From assembly GCF_003363435.1 (NCBI RefSeq), contig NZ_QRCT01000049.1, positions 357,403-421,402 on the forward strand: DNA of 64,000 nt, given 5' to 3'. The translations under genes and the position numbers were made by a program. Below, piece after piece: positions 9,398 to 19,847 of this stretch. The notes beneath the pieces were generated by a model that saw nothing but the letters and a program-made list of their open reading frames with translations, was not told where the DNA came from and ran no database searches. Positions within the stretch are counted from its first letter, which is position 1; every line of letters begins with the position of its first letter. Source of the DNA: Anaerosacchariphilus polymeriproducens (GTDB taxonomy: Bacteria > Bacillota > Clostridia > Lachnospirales > Lachnospiraceae).

Positions 9398-10198
9398 TTA
9401 TAAATTCCATCCATGATTAATCGGACCATTACCCCTGCCCAAATCCAAACCATCTATAAGTGCTCCTGTCAAATATTCTTTTGCAAGACCAACTGCTTCT
9501 TCCATGCTCTTATTACAAGCCAGATTCGCCGCGATGGCAGAAGAAAGAGTACATCCTGTTCCATGAGAATTCTCTACTTTTATTCGTTCCATAAAGAACC
9601 ATTTCTCATTACCATCTTTATATAATAAATCATCAGAACAATCTTTTAAATGTCCGCCTTTTACAAGTACATAAGCATTTGTTTTCCTGGAAATAATTTC
9701 TGCTGCCCGTACCATATCTTCTTTATTATAAATTGTAATTCCTGCAATTTCTTGCGCTTCAGGAATATTAGGAGTAATTAAATTTGCCAGAGGCAAGAGT
9801 TCATGAATCAAAACTTCTTTCGCCTCGGGTCGTAACAATGAATGTCCACTGGTAGAAACCATTACCGTATCTAATACAATATTACTGACATGATATTCTT
9901 TCAGTTTCTCAGCAATTAATTTGATCAATTCTTTCGATGATACCATCCCAATCTTCACTGCATCCGGATATATGTCTGATAGAACAGCATCTAACTGCTT
10001 ACCAACTATCTCTTCGGAAAGGTCTTCTATTGCAAAAACTCCTGTTGTATTTTGAGCTGTAACAGCTGTAATAACACTCATCCCATAAACATTATGAGCC
10101 AGGAATGTTTTTAAATCAGCCTGAATCCCTGCTCCTCCACTTGGATCTGAACCCGCTATGGTCAATCCCTTTTTCATCCTTTTCCCTCCAAAAACCAC
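9398..10198 (-). CDS. thiD: Hydroxymethylpyrimidine/phosphomethylpyrimidine kinase ThiD
   Basis: 266 aa. N-terminal LTIAGSDPSGGAGIQADLKTF is the PfkB/ThiD signature. Confidence 0.9.
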   Translation of the reverse strand: MVFGGKRMKKGLTIAGSDPSGGAGIQADLKTFLAHNVYGMSVITAVTAQNTTGVFAIEDLSEEIVGKQLDAVLSDIYPDAVKIGMVSSKELIKLIAEKLKEYHVSNIVLDTVMVSTSGHSLLRPEAKEVLIHELLPLANLITPNIPEAQEIAGITIYNKEDMVRAAEIISRKTNAYVLVKGGHLKDCSDDLLYKDGNEKWFFMERIKVENSHGTGCTLSSAIAANLACNKSMEEAVGLAKEYLTGALIDGLDLGRGNGPINHGWNL

Positions 10199-10203
10199 TT
10201 TTT

Positions 10204-11511
10204 CTATTCATTCCAAACGCTAATCGTTTCACCTTCTAAAATACGATTCATATTTTTCATTGCACACATATTGCCACACATGCTGCATGTATCTTCTTTT
10301 TCCGGTTTAGAAGAGGCTCTATAAGCTTTTGCTCGTTCCGGATCAATACAAAGTTCAAACATCCTATCCCAGTCGATTTCTTTTCTAGCTTTACTCATCT
10401 CATAATCCCAGTCTTTAGCACCTTTAAGACCTTTTGCAATATCAGCTGCATGAGCTGCAATTCTAGTTGCGATAATCCCCTCTTTAACATCTTCTACTGT
10501 TGGAAGTCTTAAGTGTTCCGCCGGTGTTACATAGCACAAGAAAGAAGCTCCATAGGTAGCAGCGATAGCTCCACCAATTGCAGAAGTAATATGATCATAT
10601 CCGGGTGCCACATCAGTCACTAACGGTCCCAAAACATAAAATGGCGCTCCATGGCAAACCGTCTGCTGTATCCTCATATTTGCTTCTATCTGATCTAAAG
10701 GCATATGCCCAGGTCCTTCTATGATTACTTGAACATCTTTTTCCCATGCACGTTTTGTAAGTTCTCCCAGTGTTACAAGTTCTTCAATCTGAGAGATATC
10801 ACCAGAATCTGCAATAGAACCCGGACGACACGCATCCCCAAGACTCATAGTAACATCATATTGTCGGCAGATTTCTAATACTTCATCATAAAATTCGTAA
10901 AACGGATTTTCTTTTCCTGTCATTTCCATCCAGGCAAACATTAAAGAGCCGCCACGTGATACTATGTTGGTCAGTCTTTTGTTCTTTTTAAATCTTTGCG
11001 CAGTAGATCGATTTAACCCACAATGAATTGTCATAAAATCCACGCCATCTTCTGCATGCATTCTTGCTATATCAATCCATTCCTGTGACGTTATGTCTTT
11101 TAAAGCTTTATTGTAATATACAACAGCATCATAGATTGGTACCGTACCAATTATAGCCGGGCATTCTTGTGTCAGCTTTTTACGAAACTCTCTTGTATTC
11201 CCATGGTTGCTGAGATCCATAATTGACTCTGCGCCCAATGCTACTGCTTCGTTCACTTTTTCTAACTCCACATTTAAATCCGTACTATCTCTTGATACTC
11301 CTAAATTAACATTGATTTTTGTTTTTAATTTAAACCCCACTCCGTTTGGATCAAGGCTTGTATGATTTTTATTGGCAGGAATTGCAACTTTTCCTTCCGC
11401 TACCAACTTCATTAATTCTTGTGTATCTATTTGCTCCTTTTTTGCTACGACTTGCATTTCTTTTGTTAAAATTCCTTTTCTTGCTGCATCCATTTGTGTT
11501 GTAAATTTCAT
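10204..11511 (-). CDS. thiC: Phosphomethylpyrimidine synthase ThiC (radical SAM)
   Basis: 435 aa with highly conserved ThiC blocks ([15 protein letters not shown]-terminal CSMCG...C cluster). Confidence 0.95.
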   Translation of the reverse strand: MKFTTQMDAARKGILTKEMQVVAKKEQIDTQELMKLVAEGKVAIPANKNHTSLDPNGVGFKLKTKINVNLGVSRDSTDLNVELEKVNEAVALGAESIMDLSNHGNTREFRKKLTQECPAIIGTVPIYDAVVYYNKALKDITSQEWIDIARMHAEDGVDFMTIHCGLNRSTAQRFKKNKRLTNIVSRGGSLMFAWMEMTGKENPFYEFYDEVLEICRQYDVTMSLGDACRPGSIADSGDISQIEELVTLGELTKRAWEKDVQVIIEGPGHMPLDQIEANMRIQQTVCHGAPFYVLGPLVTDVAPGYDHITSAIGGAIAATYGASFLCYVTPAEHLRLPTVEDVKEGIIATRIAAHAADIAKGLKGAKDWDYEMSKARKEIDWDRMFELCIDPERAKAYRASSKPEKEDTCSMCGNMCAMKNMNRILEGETISVWNE

Positions 11512-11579
11512 TATAATTTTCCTTTCTTGTCAGGTTTAAATGCTTTATAGGAGTTTATGATTATTTTTTTTAGAATTGT

Positions 11580-11735
11580 TAAAAATAAAAAAACATACCC
11601 CTTAGGATATGTCTATGATTCAACAATGTATACTTTTCTCTCTTCCTACGTCGGCATTATCCGTATCAGGTCATGGGTCGAAATGTAACACACTTCCTCT
11701 CAGCCTGCTTTAGCAAGCTCCCCAGATTTCTATTC
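11580..11735 (-). promoter_or_regulatory. TPP (THI-box) riboswitch with terminator-type expression platform upstream of thiC
   Basis: The minus-strand RNA carries the conserved aptamer segments CTGGGGAGC...GCTGAGAGG...ACCTGATACGGATAATGCCGACGTAGGAAG at about 11640..11735. Downstream, around 11585..11615, a hairpin CATATCC-TAA-GGGGTATG is followed by TTTTTTT before the thiC RBS. Confidence 0.85.
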
Positions 11736-11820
11736 AATTATGTTTTTATTATAGAAGACTTAAAATTACTTGTCAATAATGAATTATAGGCTGTCACAAT
11801 AATGCAACAGCCTATATAGA

Positions 11821-12666
11821 TTATTTCTTTGAATCTCTCATTTCTGTTATTGGTAAATTCCATTTAGAATCTAATTTAGAAGTTTGTTTTTCTCCTTTGC
11901 CATCTTTATCAAAAGGATCGAACCAACATACCTGTTGTTTCTGAAGTAATTTCATGCATAAATAAACAACTGATTTGTCTGTAAATTCTTGGAATTCCTC
12001 TTCATTGATAAATCCATCAATTGGAGTACCTTTATTATCTATATCAGCATCAAATACTGCTGACCATTCCAATTCACAATAAACAGGTTCGTTGAAAATT
12101 TCAATATCCGATCTATCTGCTTCCCTAAAATTCTTTCCCATTCTTTTTTGATCAAAATATCTTGCAACCATTGGAGGATAGTTAGGTTGAACTTGCGGAA
12201 GGTTCCCGCAAAAGTTAACTTTCGTATAAGTTTTAAATGGAATATGAACTGTTGTATCTTTAATAGCGCCGCCTATTCCAGTCTTACTAGTGCAATGTTT
12301 TGTAGCATATTCAATATTTTTTCTAATATAACCTTCAATAAATACTTTGTCTGTTGGCGGAATATATCTGCATTGTGTTAAGAATACTTGTTTTTCAATT
12401 CTTTTTATTTCATAGGAAGGTTCATTAAGTCTGATTTTCGATTCTGAATCGATTTGAACAATAAATTCTGCAAGAACTTTAGGTATTTTATATTCTCCAC
12501 CAAACCAAGGGTAATTCTCAGCGCCAGGAAGTGTATCTGATTTCAAAACAGCGGAATCACAATCCTTATGGCAATCTGAACTAATATGAGTTTCAGTGCT
12601 TACAACTGTTGCATTACTTTTGCTTTCTATTTTACGTTCTTTGTTATCGTTACTAACATTATTCAT
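11821..12666 (-). CDS. Hypothetical protein (Cys-containing, lysine-rich C-terminus)
   Basis: 281-aa ORF with codon usage consistent with its neighbours. No family motif recognised. Confidence 0.4.
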   Translation of the reverse strand: MNNVSNDNKERKIESKSNATVVSTETHISSDCHKDCDSAVLKSDTLPGAENYPWFGGEYKIPKVLAEFIVQIDSESKIRLNEPSYEIKRIEKQVFLTQCRYIPPTDKVFIEGYIRKNIEYATKHCTSKTGIGGAIKDTTVHIPFKTYTKVNFCGNLPQVQPNYPPMVARYFDQKRMGKNFREADRSDIEIFNEPVYCELEWSAVFDADIDNKGTPIDGFINEEEFQEFTDKSVVYLCMKLLQKQQVCWFDPFDKDGKGEKQTSKLDSKWNLPITEMRDSKK

Positions 12667-12826
12667 ATAATTACCTCCTTATAGAAATTAAGATATAAAG
12701 TATAACTATTTTATATCCTATTATATAATATTCTTAATTTTCAAAATGTACACTTTTTAACTAAACTTTGTCTAAATTTTCTATAATTAGGTAGTTATAA
12801 ATCTTGCAGAACAACGAAAACATATT

Positions 12827-14005
12827 CTAAGTAAATTTTCTAGTTAACAACTTGCTATTTTCAACAAAATCTTTTACTGTTTTAAACCCAAGCACATGTA
12901 ATAATTCAATTACATACGGGTTATCCAATGGAGTCTCAAACTCTGCTTCCTTCGCATACTCTTCAACATTCTCTTTTCCTTTTTCTGTGCTTATAATTCT
13001 TTTGGGTCCTCCAACACAACCGCCTTGACACCCCATACCTTCGTAAAAATTGGCTTCTACTTTTCCCTCTAGAAGTTCTTCCAAAAGTTTCTTACACTCC
13101 ATGACTCCATCTGCCTGCTTTGCTTTAAATTTTATTTTCTGATTGGGATCAATTCTCTTTATTGTCATCTCAACCGCTTTACTGACTCCACCGGTCCTTG
13201 CATAAATCCTTCCGGCATAAGAAGTATGGTTGCGTATAGACTCTATCTGATTTTCTAAAACAATACTCATTTTTTCAAATAATTGTTCCGTTTCTTGAAA
13301 GGTCAATACACAGTCAATGGCATCTTTGATATCTTCTTCTTTTGCTTCCATTTTTTTTGCCATACACGGACCAATAAAAATTGTCGCTGCATCGGGTTGA
13401 AGATGCTTTGCCACTCTGCCGCATGCAATCATAGGCGAAACTGCCGGCGGTATATGAGAAACGATTTTGGGGAAATGTTTTTTAATCAAAGAAATCCAAA
13501 CAGGACAGCAGCAGCTGGTAAGTTGGAAATCATTTTCGTCTTTTATATTATCATGAAACTCTAATGCTTCCTTAAACGTTAATATGTCTGCGAAAACAGC
13601 AACTTCAACCATTCCGGTAAAACCCATTTCTTTAAATGCACTTCTGATCTGCCCTGTAGTAATATGGTCACCAAATTGTCCTATATATGCAGGCGCCACC
13701 AATGCATATACAGGACCTTTATGATTTTGCAATAAATCAATTGTTAATTTTAAATCTTTTGTAAATTCGGGATCATCCATAGCTTCCTTCATGAAGACCT
13801 CTTTTTCTTTTAAAGAAGATATTCTTTCTTCCGGATGTAATAAACAGGATAAATGGTTTTCTTCCGGATCTTTTGAACGGACTTTCTCTAATCCTTCTTC
13901 TAACTTATGTCCATGTTTTTCATCTGTAACTGATTTATATAAATGTTTAAACGTACTCATCTTAGAATCAACACTCCTTTGCTGTTTTAGCATTGACGTT
14001 CTCAT
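12827..14005 (-). CDS. [FeFe]-hydrogenase-like protein, H-cluster domain only, no ferredoxin-like F-cluster domains
   Basis: 392 aa. All three H-cluster signature motifs are present: L1 TSCCCPVW, L2 GPCMAKKME and L3 EGMGCQGGCVGGP. They are preceded by a unique roughly 90-aa N-terminal region with no Cys-rich ferredoxin motifs. Confidence 0.7.
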   Translation of the reverse strand: MRTSMLKQQRSVDSKMSTFKHLYKSVTDEKHGHKLEEGLEKVRSKDPEENHLSCLLHPEERISSLKEKEVFMKEAMDDPEFTKDLKLTIDLLQNHKGPVYALVAPAYIGQFGDHITTGQIRSAFKEMGFTGMVEVAVFADILTFKEALEFHDNIKDENDFQLTSCCCPVWISLIKKHFPKIVSHIPPAVSPMIACGRVAKHLQPDAATIFIGPCMAKKMEAKEEDIKDAIDCVLTFQETEQLFEKMSIVLENQIESIRNHTSYAGRIYARTGGVSKAVEMTIKRIDPNQKIKFKAKQADGVMECKKLLEELLEGKVEANFYEGMGCQGGCVGGPKRIISTEKGKENVEEYAKEAEFETPLDNPYVIELLHVLGFKTVKDFVENSKLLTRKFT

Positions 14006-14034
14006 CTGGTATTATACGTTTTTTTGCTATCCAA

Positions 14035-14985
14035 TCAAAAACCATCCCTTAAAAATACTTTCACTTTTGAATAGATACCTTCCGCATCTAATCCATATTT
14101 ATGAATCAATGCACTTGCAGAACCTGACTCTCCAAAGACATCATTGATTCCTATTTTCAATACCTTGGTCGGCAATGTAGTAGAAAGTACATCACATACC
14201 GCACTCCCAAGACCTCCTATAATCGAATGCTCTTCTATTGTTACTATTTTCTTCGTAGTTTTCGCTGATTCGATTACCAACTCTTCATCCAATGGTTTCA
14301 CCGTATGCATATTGATTACTTTTGCATCGATTCCATCCCCTTTAAGCATCATAGCAGCCTCTAATGCCTGGCACACACAAATACCTGTAGCAATAATCGT
14401 AACATCAGTTCCTTCTTTTAAAATATTACCTTTTCCCATTTTAAATTCATATTCTGATTTATCGTTAATAACAGGAACCGGTGCTCTTCCAAATCTTATA
14501 TATACAGGTCCTTCATATTCAATCGCTGCCTTTACGGAAGCTTTGGCCTCTATATCATCCGACGGACACATTACTACCATACCTGGAATACTGCGCATCA
14601 AACTAATATCTTCATTGCATTGATGTGAAGCACCATCTTCTCCAACTGTGATACCAGCATGAGTTGCACCGATTTTTACATTTAAATGGGGATAACCGAT
14701 TGAATTTCGAATCTGCTCAAACGCTCTTCCAGCAACAAACATAGCAAAAGAACTAATAAACGGAATTTTACCTGTAGTCGCAAGCCCTGCTGCGATATCA
14801 GCCATATTACATTCAGCAATCCCACAATCAAAATGTCTGTCAGGATATGCTTTTTTAAATATAGAAGTTTTCGTTGCTGCCGTCAAATCTGCATCCAACA
14901 CTACCAATTCAGGATAAACTTTTCCAAACTCTGCCAATGCATTGCCATAACTCTCTCTAGTCGCAATTTTTTTACCCTCTAACAA
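14035..14985 (-). CDS. Transketolase, C-terminal (pyrimidine-binding) subunit
   Basis: 316 aa. Split transketolase subunit B, with the TKT pyrimidine and C-terminal domains. Confidence 0.85.
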   Translation of the reverse strand: MLEGKKIATRESYGNALAEFGKVYPELVVLDADLTAATKTSIFKKAYPDRHFDCGIAECNMADIAAGLATTGKIPFISSFAMFVAGRAFEQIRNSIGYPHLNVKIGATHAGITVGEDGASHQCNEDISLMRSIPGMVVMCPSDDIEAKASVKAAIEYEGPVYIRFGRAPVPVINDKSEYEFKMGKGNILKEGTDVTIIATGICVCQALEAAMMLKGDGIDAKVINMHTVKPLDEELVIESAKTTKKIVTIEEHSIIGGLGSAVCDVLSTTLPTKVLKIGINDVFGESGSASALIHKYGLDAEGIYSKVKVFLRDGF

Positions 14986-15809
14986 AGAACTTCACCTGCC
15001 TTTTCCAAATCTGCCATAGCTTTTATGTATTGTTCCTCATTCGGTGCCGCCCCATGCCATGACACTTGATTTTCCATAAAAGAGACCCCTTTCCCTTTGA
15101 TTGTTTTCGCTATGATAGCTGTCGGTCTCCCTTTTATAACTCTAGCTTGTGCGAATGCATCTTTAAGTTGATCAAAGTCATGACCATCTACAGTAATTGT
15201 ATGAAAATTAAATGCCTCAAATTTCTTATCAATCGGGTAAGGGGAACATACCTCATCAATATTTCCTCCAATCTGCAGACCATTATTATCAATAATGACC
15301 ACGAGATTATCTAATTTACGGAAGCCCGCAAACATCGCCGCTTCCCAAATCTGGCCCTCCTGGATTTCTCCATCTCCTACTAATGTATACACACGATAAT
15401 CTTTTTCATCTAGCTTCGCAGCCAAAGCCATTCCTATCGCTGCCGATATTCCCTGTCCAAGAGACCCTGAAGACATATCCACTCCCGGTATCCGTTTCAT
15501 ATCAGGATGCCCTTGCAAATAGGATCCCAATTTACGAAGTGTTTTTAAATCCTCAACCGGAAAATAACCTCTGTTAGCCAATGCCGCATAAAGCCCGGGC
15601 GCAACATGCCCTTTTGACAATACAAAACGATCTCTGTCTTCCATCTTTGGATTTTTCGGATCGATATTCATTTCTTGAAAATAAAGATATGTAAATATCT
15701 CTGCAGACGATAAAGCTCCTCCCGGATGGCCTGCCTGAGCACTATATACAGATGTAACGATCCCCTTACGGACTTCATTTGCTATACGCTTTAGATCCAA
15801 TTGATTCAT
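14979..15809 (-). CDS. Transketolase, N-terminal (TPP-binding) subunit
   Basis: 276 aa. The GHPGGALS and GDG...E...N TPP-binding motifs are present. It overlaps the C-terminal subunit gene by 7 nt. Confidence 0.85.
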   Translation of the reverse strand: MNQLDLKRIANEVRKGIVTSVYSAQAGHPGGALSSAEIFTYLYFQEMNIDPKNPKMEDRDRFVLSKGHVAPGLYAALANRGYFPVEDLKTLRKLGSYLQGHPDMKRIPGVDMSSGSLGQGISAAIGMALAAKLDEKDYRVYTLVGDGEIQEGQIWEAAMFAGFRKLDNLVVIIDNNGLQIGGNIDEVCSPYPIDKKFEAFNFHTITVDGHDFDQLKDAFAQARVIKGRPTAIIAKTIKGKGVSFMENQVSWHGAAPNEEQYIKAMADLEKAGEVLC

Positions 15810-15858
15810 ACCTTATTCCCTTCCTTTTCCTTTCGGTTTTTCATGGTTCCAAAGAAAA

Positions 15859-16554
15859 CTAACTACGTTTCTGGCCGTAATAAGCGTTTTCTCCATGCTT
15901 TCTGAAATAATGCTTATCTAACAATTCTTGTGGCGCGGGCTGTACTTTTCTATTAATCAACTCACAATTCGCCGCCATTTTTGCCACTTCTTCCAAAACA
16001 ACTGCATTATGTACCGCTTCTTTTGCATCTTTCCCCCAAGTAAACGGCCCATGGTCTTTACAAAGAACTGCCGGCATTGCTAAATAGTCTTTTCCTTTAA
16101 AATATTCTACAATTAGTCTGCCTGTATTTCTTTCGTATTCATCTTCAATTTCTTCTCTTGTTAAACAGCGGACACAAGGAATCTCTCCATACATATAATC
16201 CGCATGGGTCGTGCCATAACAGGGAATACTTCTTCCTGACTGTGCCCAGCTTGTAGCCCAGGTTGAATGTGTATGTACAATTCCCCCTATATCACGACTT
16301 GCTTTATATAATTCAATATGTGTAGCAGTATCAGAGGACGGGTTCCATTTTCCTTCTACTTTATTTCCTTCCAGATCCATTACTACCATATCTTCGGGCG
16401 AAAGTTTATCATAATCCACACCGCTGGGTTTAATCACAAAATACTCTCTTTCTTTATCTATACCGCTCACATTTCCCCATGTAAACGTAACCAGCCCATA
16501 CTCCGGTAGTTTCATATTCGCCTCATATACCTGATATTTCAGTTCTTCTAACAT
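15859..16554 (-). CDS. araD: L-ribulose-5-phosphate 4-epimerase AraD
   Basis: 231 aa class II aldolase/adducin fold. Sits between araB and tkt. Confidence 0.85.
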   Translation of the reverse strand: MLEELKYQVYEANMKLPEYGLVTFTWGNVSGIDKEREYFVIKPSGVDYDKLSPEDMVVMDLEGNKVEGKWNPSSDTATHIELYKASRDIGGIVHTHSTWATSWAQSGRSIPCYGTTHADYMYGEIPCVRCLTREEIEDEYERNTGRLIVEYFKGKDYLAMPAVLCKDHGPFTWGKDAKEAVHNAVVLEEVAKMAANCELINRKVQPAPQELLDKHYFRKHGENAYYGQKRS

Positions 16555-16579
16555 AAAATCCCCTCCAGGATAATTTAAT

Positions 16580-18244
16580 TTAAGATTCTTTCTTCCACTT
16601 TTTCAACCTCTTCATCACATCATTTTCTCCCCTGCCAAAATAATCATGAAGGGTCTCAAATTCTTTAAATATCTTCTCGTAAATCTTTACATTCTCAGGA
16701 ATTGGTTTATATGACTTCTCTTCCACTTTTCCCATTGCTCTTGCTGCATCAAAGATGGTATCATATCCACCTTTTTCAGCTCCTGCTGCTACTGCTCCAA
16801 ACATCGCTGCCCCTAAAGCAGGACTTTGATCAGAGGCTCCAATAAATATCTCTTTGTTTGTAACATCTGCATAAATCTGCATCATTAATGGATTTTTCTT
16901 TGAAATTCCTCCGCAGGCATATAACTCCTCTACCGGAACTCCTGCTTCTTCAAAAGTTTTTATTATTTTATTTTTACCGTAAGCGGTTGCTTCAATTAGC
17001 GCTCTGTAGATCTCTTCCGGTCTTGTTGCCAGTGTCATGCCCAGCATCATTCCTGTCAAATCCACATCTACCAGACAGGAACGATTTCCATTCCACCAAT
17101 CAAGAGCCAGCAGCCCACTTTCTCCTACTTTCAGTTTGGAGGCTTTTTCCATTAATAGTTCATGGATATTAACACCTTTTTCTTCCGCTTCCTTATAATA
17201 ACTCTCAGGGACACAATTATTTACAAACCAGTCAAAGTGATCTCCAACACAGGATTGCCCGGACTCGTAACCAAAATATCCCGGTAAAACACCATCTTCT
17301 ACGACTCCACACATACCCGGAACCTCTTTTTCAACCTCACCACACATAACATCACATGTTGATGTTCCAATAATCATTAACATTTTATTAGGCCCGGTAA
17401 TCCCAACTGCCGGCACTGCCACATGTGCGTCAACATTACCAACTGCGACCGGAGTCCCTGCATTAAGTCCAATCTTCTCAGCCATTTCCTTGGTTAACTC
17501 ACCTGCTTTTGAACCCTGTGGCAGAATTTTTGTCCCTAACTTTTCTTCTACAACATTTTCAAGCCTATCATCTAAAGCTTTGAAAAACTCCTTACTTGGA
17601 TATCCTTTTTTCTTGTGCCATATTGCTTTATAACCGGCTGTACAGCTGTTTCGGGTTTCAACTCCAGTCAACTGCATTGTAACCCAGTCTGTGCCTTCTA
17701 AAATTTTGTCGGTCAATTCATAAATCTTTGGATCTTCTTCTAAAATTTGCATAATTTTCGGAATTACCCATTCAGAGGAAATTTTCCCTCCATATCTTCC
17801 TAAAAATTCTTCTCCTCTTTCTTCTGCAATTTGATTTAATTTATTCGCCTGTTTTTGAGCCGCATGATGTTTCCAGAGCTTCACCCATGCATGAGGAAAT
17901 TTTGCGAAACCTTCTTTTAAGCAAAGCGGAACCCCTGCTTTATCAACCGGCAGAATCGTACAGGATGTAAAATCAATTGACATTCCTATTACATCATTCT
18001 TGCTCACATTTGCTTCTTTTAGAACATTCGGAATGGTAGTTTCCAACACTTCCAAATAATCACCTGGATGTTGTAACGCCCAGTCATGTCCTAATTTCGT
18101 CCCATCTGGCAGGAATTGATCCATAACTCCATGTGTATATGTTTTTGTGGACTGAGCAATGACATCTCCATTTGAAACATCTACTAATACTGCTCTACCT
18201 GACAATGTCCCAAAATCAACACCTACAGAATATTTATTTTCCAT
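16580..18244 (-). CDS. araB: Ribulokinase AraB (FGGY kinase)
   Basis: FGGY N- and C-terminal domains. The likely true start is the ATG at 18244 ([13 protein letters not shown]...), which has an AGGAAAAGAGGGG SD. The ORF-track start at 18307 adds 21 unsupported residues. Confidence 0.85.
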   Translation of the reverse strand: MENKYSVGVDFGTLSGRAVLVDVSNGDVIAQSTKTYTHGVMDQFLPDGTKLGHDWALQHPGDYLEVLETTIPNVLKEANVSKNDVIGMSIDFTSCTILPVDKAGVPLCLKEGFAKFPHAWVKLWKHHAAQKQANKLNQIAEERGEEFLGRYGGKISSEWVIPKIMQILEEDPKIYELTDKILEGTDWVTMQLTGVETRNSCTAGYKAIWHKKKGYPSKEFFKALDDRLENVVEEKLGTKILPQGSKAGELTKEMAEKIGLNAGTPVAVGNVDAHVAVPAVGITGPNKMLMIIGTSTCDVMCGEVEKEVPGMCGVVEDGVLPGYFGYESGQSCVGDHFDWFVNNCVPESYYKEAEEKGVNIHELLMEKASKLKVGESGLLALDWWNGNRSCLVDVDLTGMMLGMTLATRPEEIYRALIEATAYGKNKIIKTFEEAGVPVEELYACGGISKKNPLMMQIYADVTNKEIFIGASDQSPALGAAMFGAVAAGAEKGGYDTIFDAARAMGKVEEKSYKPIPENVKIYEKIFKEFETLHDYFGRGENDVMKRLKKWKKES

Positions 18245-18322
18245 TATAGCTTCCCCTCTTTTCCTTTTTAATTGACGCTTATCAGACATACATTTCCCTT
18301 CTCCCAAAAAGATAATTTCGTC

Positions 18323-19819
18323 TTATTTATAGTACATATTATTCCATCTTAATTCTTTTTTCAGTTCACAAGTTCTGGTATTTTTATCAATCACAACACT
18401 CTCAATTCCCATTACATCAGCCCAATCCACCATCTGTTCTACTGTTAAATCATAAGAAAAGGCCGTATGATGGGCTCCACCTGTCATGATCCAGGCTTTT
18501 GCTCCTTCTTCCAAATTGGGCTGCGGTGTCCAAAAAGCTGTTGCTACCGGCAGATTCGGCATGGAATGTTCACACTTTTTACAATCTACTGCATTAATAA
18601 TTAATCGGAACCGATTTCCCAAGTCAATTAAGGAAGTCGCAATACCCGGTCCTGTTTTCGAAGTGAATACCAAGCGAGCCGGATCTTCACGGTTCCCCAT
18701 TGTTAATGGATTGACTTTGATTGAAATTGGTCCTTCTGCAATAGTAGGACATACTTCTAACATATGAGATTGTAATATGCCTTCTTTTCCTCGAACCAAA
18801 TGATAGGTATAATCTTCCATAAATGAGGTGCCTTTAGGATTTTTAACAGACTGCGTCATAATTTTCATCAGCCTTACCATCGCAGCTGTTTTCCAGTCTC
18901 CTTCTCCTCCAAAACCATACCCTTTCTCCATTAGGCGTTGAATCGCCAATCCTGGTAATTGCTTTAAACCCCCAAGCATACCGAAGTGTGTTACTACTGC
19001 ATGGTAATCCCGTTCTTCTAAGAACTTTTCCATTCCTATTTCTATCTGAGCCTGAGCAGCAACATGTCTTTTAAATTCTTCCGGATCTCTCGTTTCAAAA
19101 AGCATTTGATACTTGCTTTCATACTCCTCCATTAAGGCATTTACTTCACTGGGCGATACTGCATTTACGTATTCCACTACATCATTTACATTATAATGAT
19201 CTACTTCCCAACCAAATTTAATCTGCGCCTCAACTTTATCTCCTTCCGTAACAGCCACGTTATTCATATTATCTCCAAATCGGCAGACTCTGATATGTGA
19301 CGATTCCATGACTCCGACTGCAGTTAACATCCAATTTGCTAATTGTTCCTGTACCTTTGTTTTTGCCCAATGTCCAACAATAATTTTCCGTTCAATCCCC
19401 ATCCTGCTGACGATATGCCCATACTCTCTGTCACCGTGGGCAGATTGATTTTCATTCATAAAATCCATATCAATGGAATCATAAGGAATCGCTTCATTAA
19501 ATTGAGTATGTAAATGGCACAAAGGTTTTTTGTATTCCTGCAATCCTATAATCCACATTTTGGCCGGTGAAAAAGTATGCATCCAAGTTATAACACCTGC
19601 ACATTCTTCATCGTTATTCGCATCATTTAAAGTCTGCCGAATCGATGTCTGACTGATTAATGTAGGCTTTAATATTACTTCAAAAGGCAATACGCCTGAT
19701 TGATTAAGCCCTTCTACCATTTTTGCTGCATGTTCTGCGACCTTCCTTAAACACATATCGCCATATAGATCTTGCGAACCTGTACAGAACCAGAATTTAT
19801 ATTTCTTTGCTGTTTTCAC
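18323..19819 (-). CDS. araA: L-arabinose isomerase AraA
   Basis: 498 aa. N-terminus KFWFCTGSQDLYG and overall AraA conservation. Confidence 0.9.
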   Translation of the reverse strand: MKTAKKYKFWFCTGSQDLYGDMCLRKVAEHAAKMVEGLNQSGVLPFEVILKPTLISQTSIRQTLNDANNDEECAGVITWMHTFSPAKMWIIGLQEYKKPLCHLHTQFNEAIPYDSIDMDFMNENQSAHGDREYGHIVSRMGIERKIIVGHWAKTKVQEQLANWMLTAVGVMESSHIRVCRFGDNMNNVAVTEGDKVEAQIKFGWEVDHYNVNDVVEYVNAVSPSEVNALMEEYESKYQMLFETRDPEEFKRHVAAQAQIEIGMEKFLEERDYHAVVTHFGMLGGLKQLPGLAIQRLMEKGYGFGGEGDWKTAAMVRLMKIMTQSVKNPKGTSFMEDYTYHLVRGKEGILQSHMLEVCPTIAEGPISIKVNPLTMGNREDPARLVFTSKTGPGIATSLIDLGNRFRLIINAVDCKKCEHSMPNLPVATAFWTPQPNLEEGAKAWIMTGGAHHTAFSYDLTVEQMVDWADVMGIESVVIDKNTRTCELKKELRWNNMYYK

Positions 19820-19847
19820 AAAATGCCTCCTTTATACAGAATTCGAA

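Noticed and set aside
14144-14623. 159-aa plus-strand ORF
   Set aside because: Lies entirely antisense within the well-supported transketolase C-subunit gene. Ser/Ile-rich translation typical of antisense frames.
16580-18307. N-terminal 21-residue extension of ribulokinase ([21 protein letters not shown]) and the similar upstream extension of the response regulator (56869..56970)
   Set aside because: Both extensions lack an SD. Internal ATGs with strong SDs (18244 and 56971) coincide with the conserved family N-termini, so the longer ORF-track calls are start-site artefacts.
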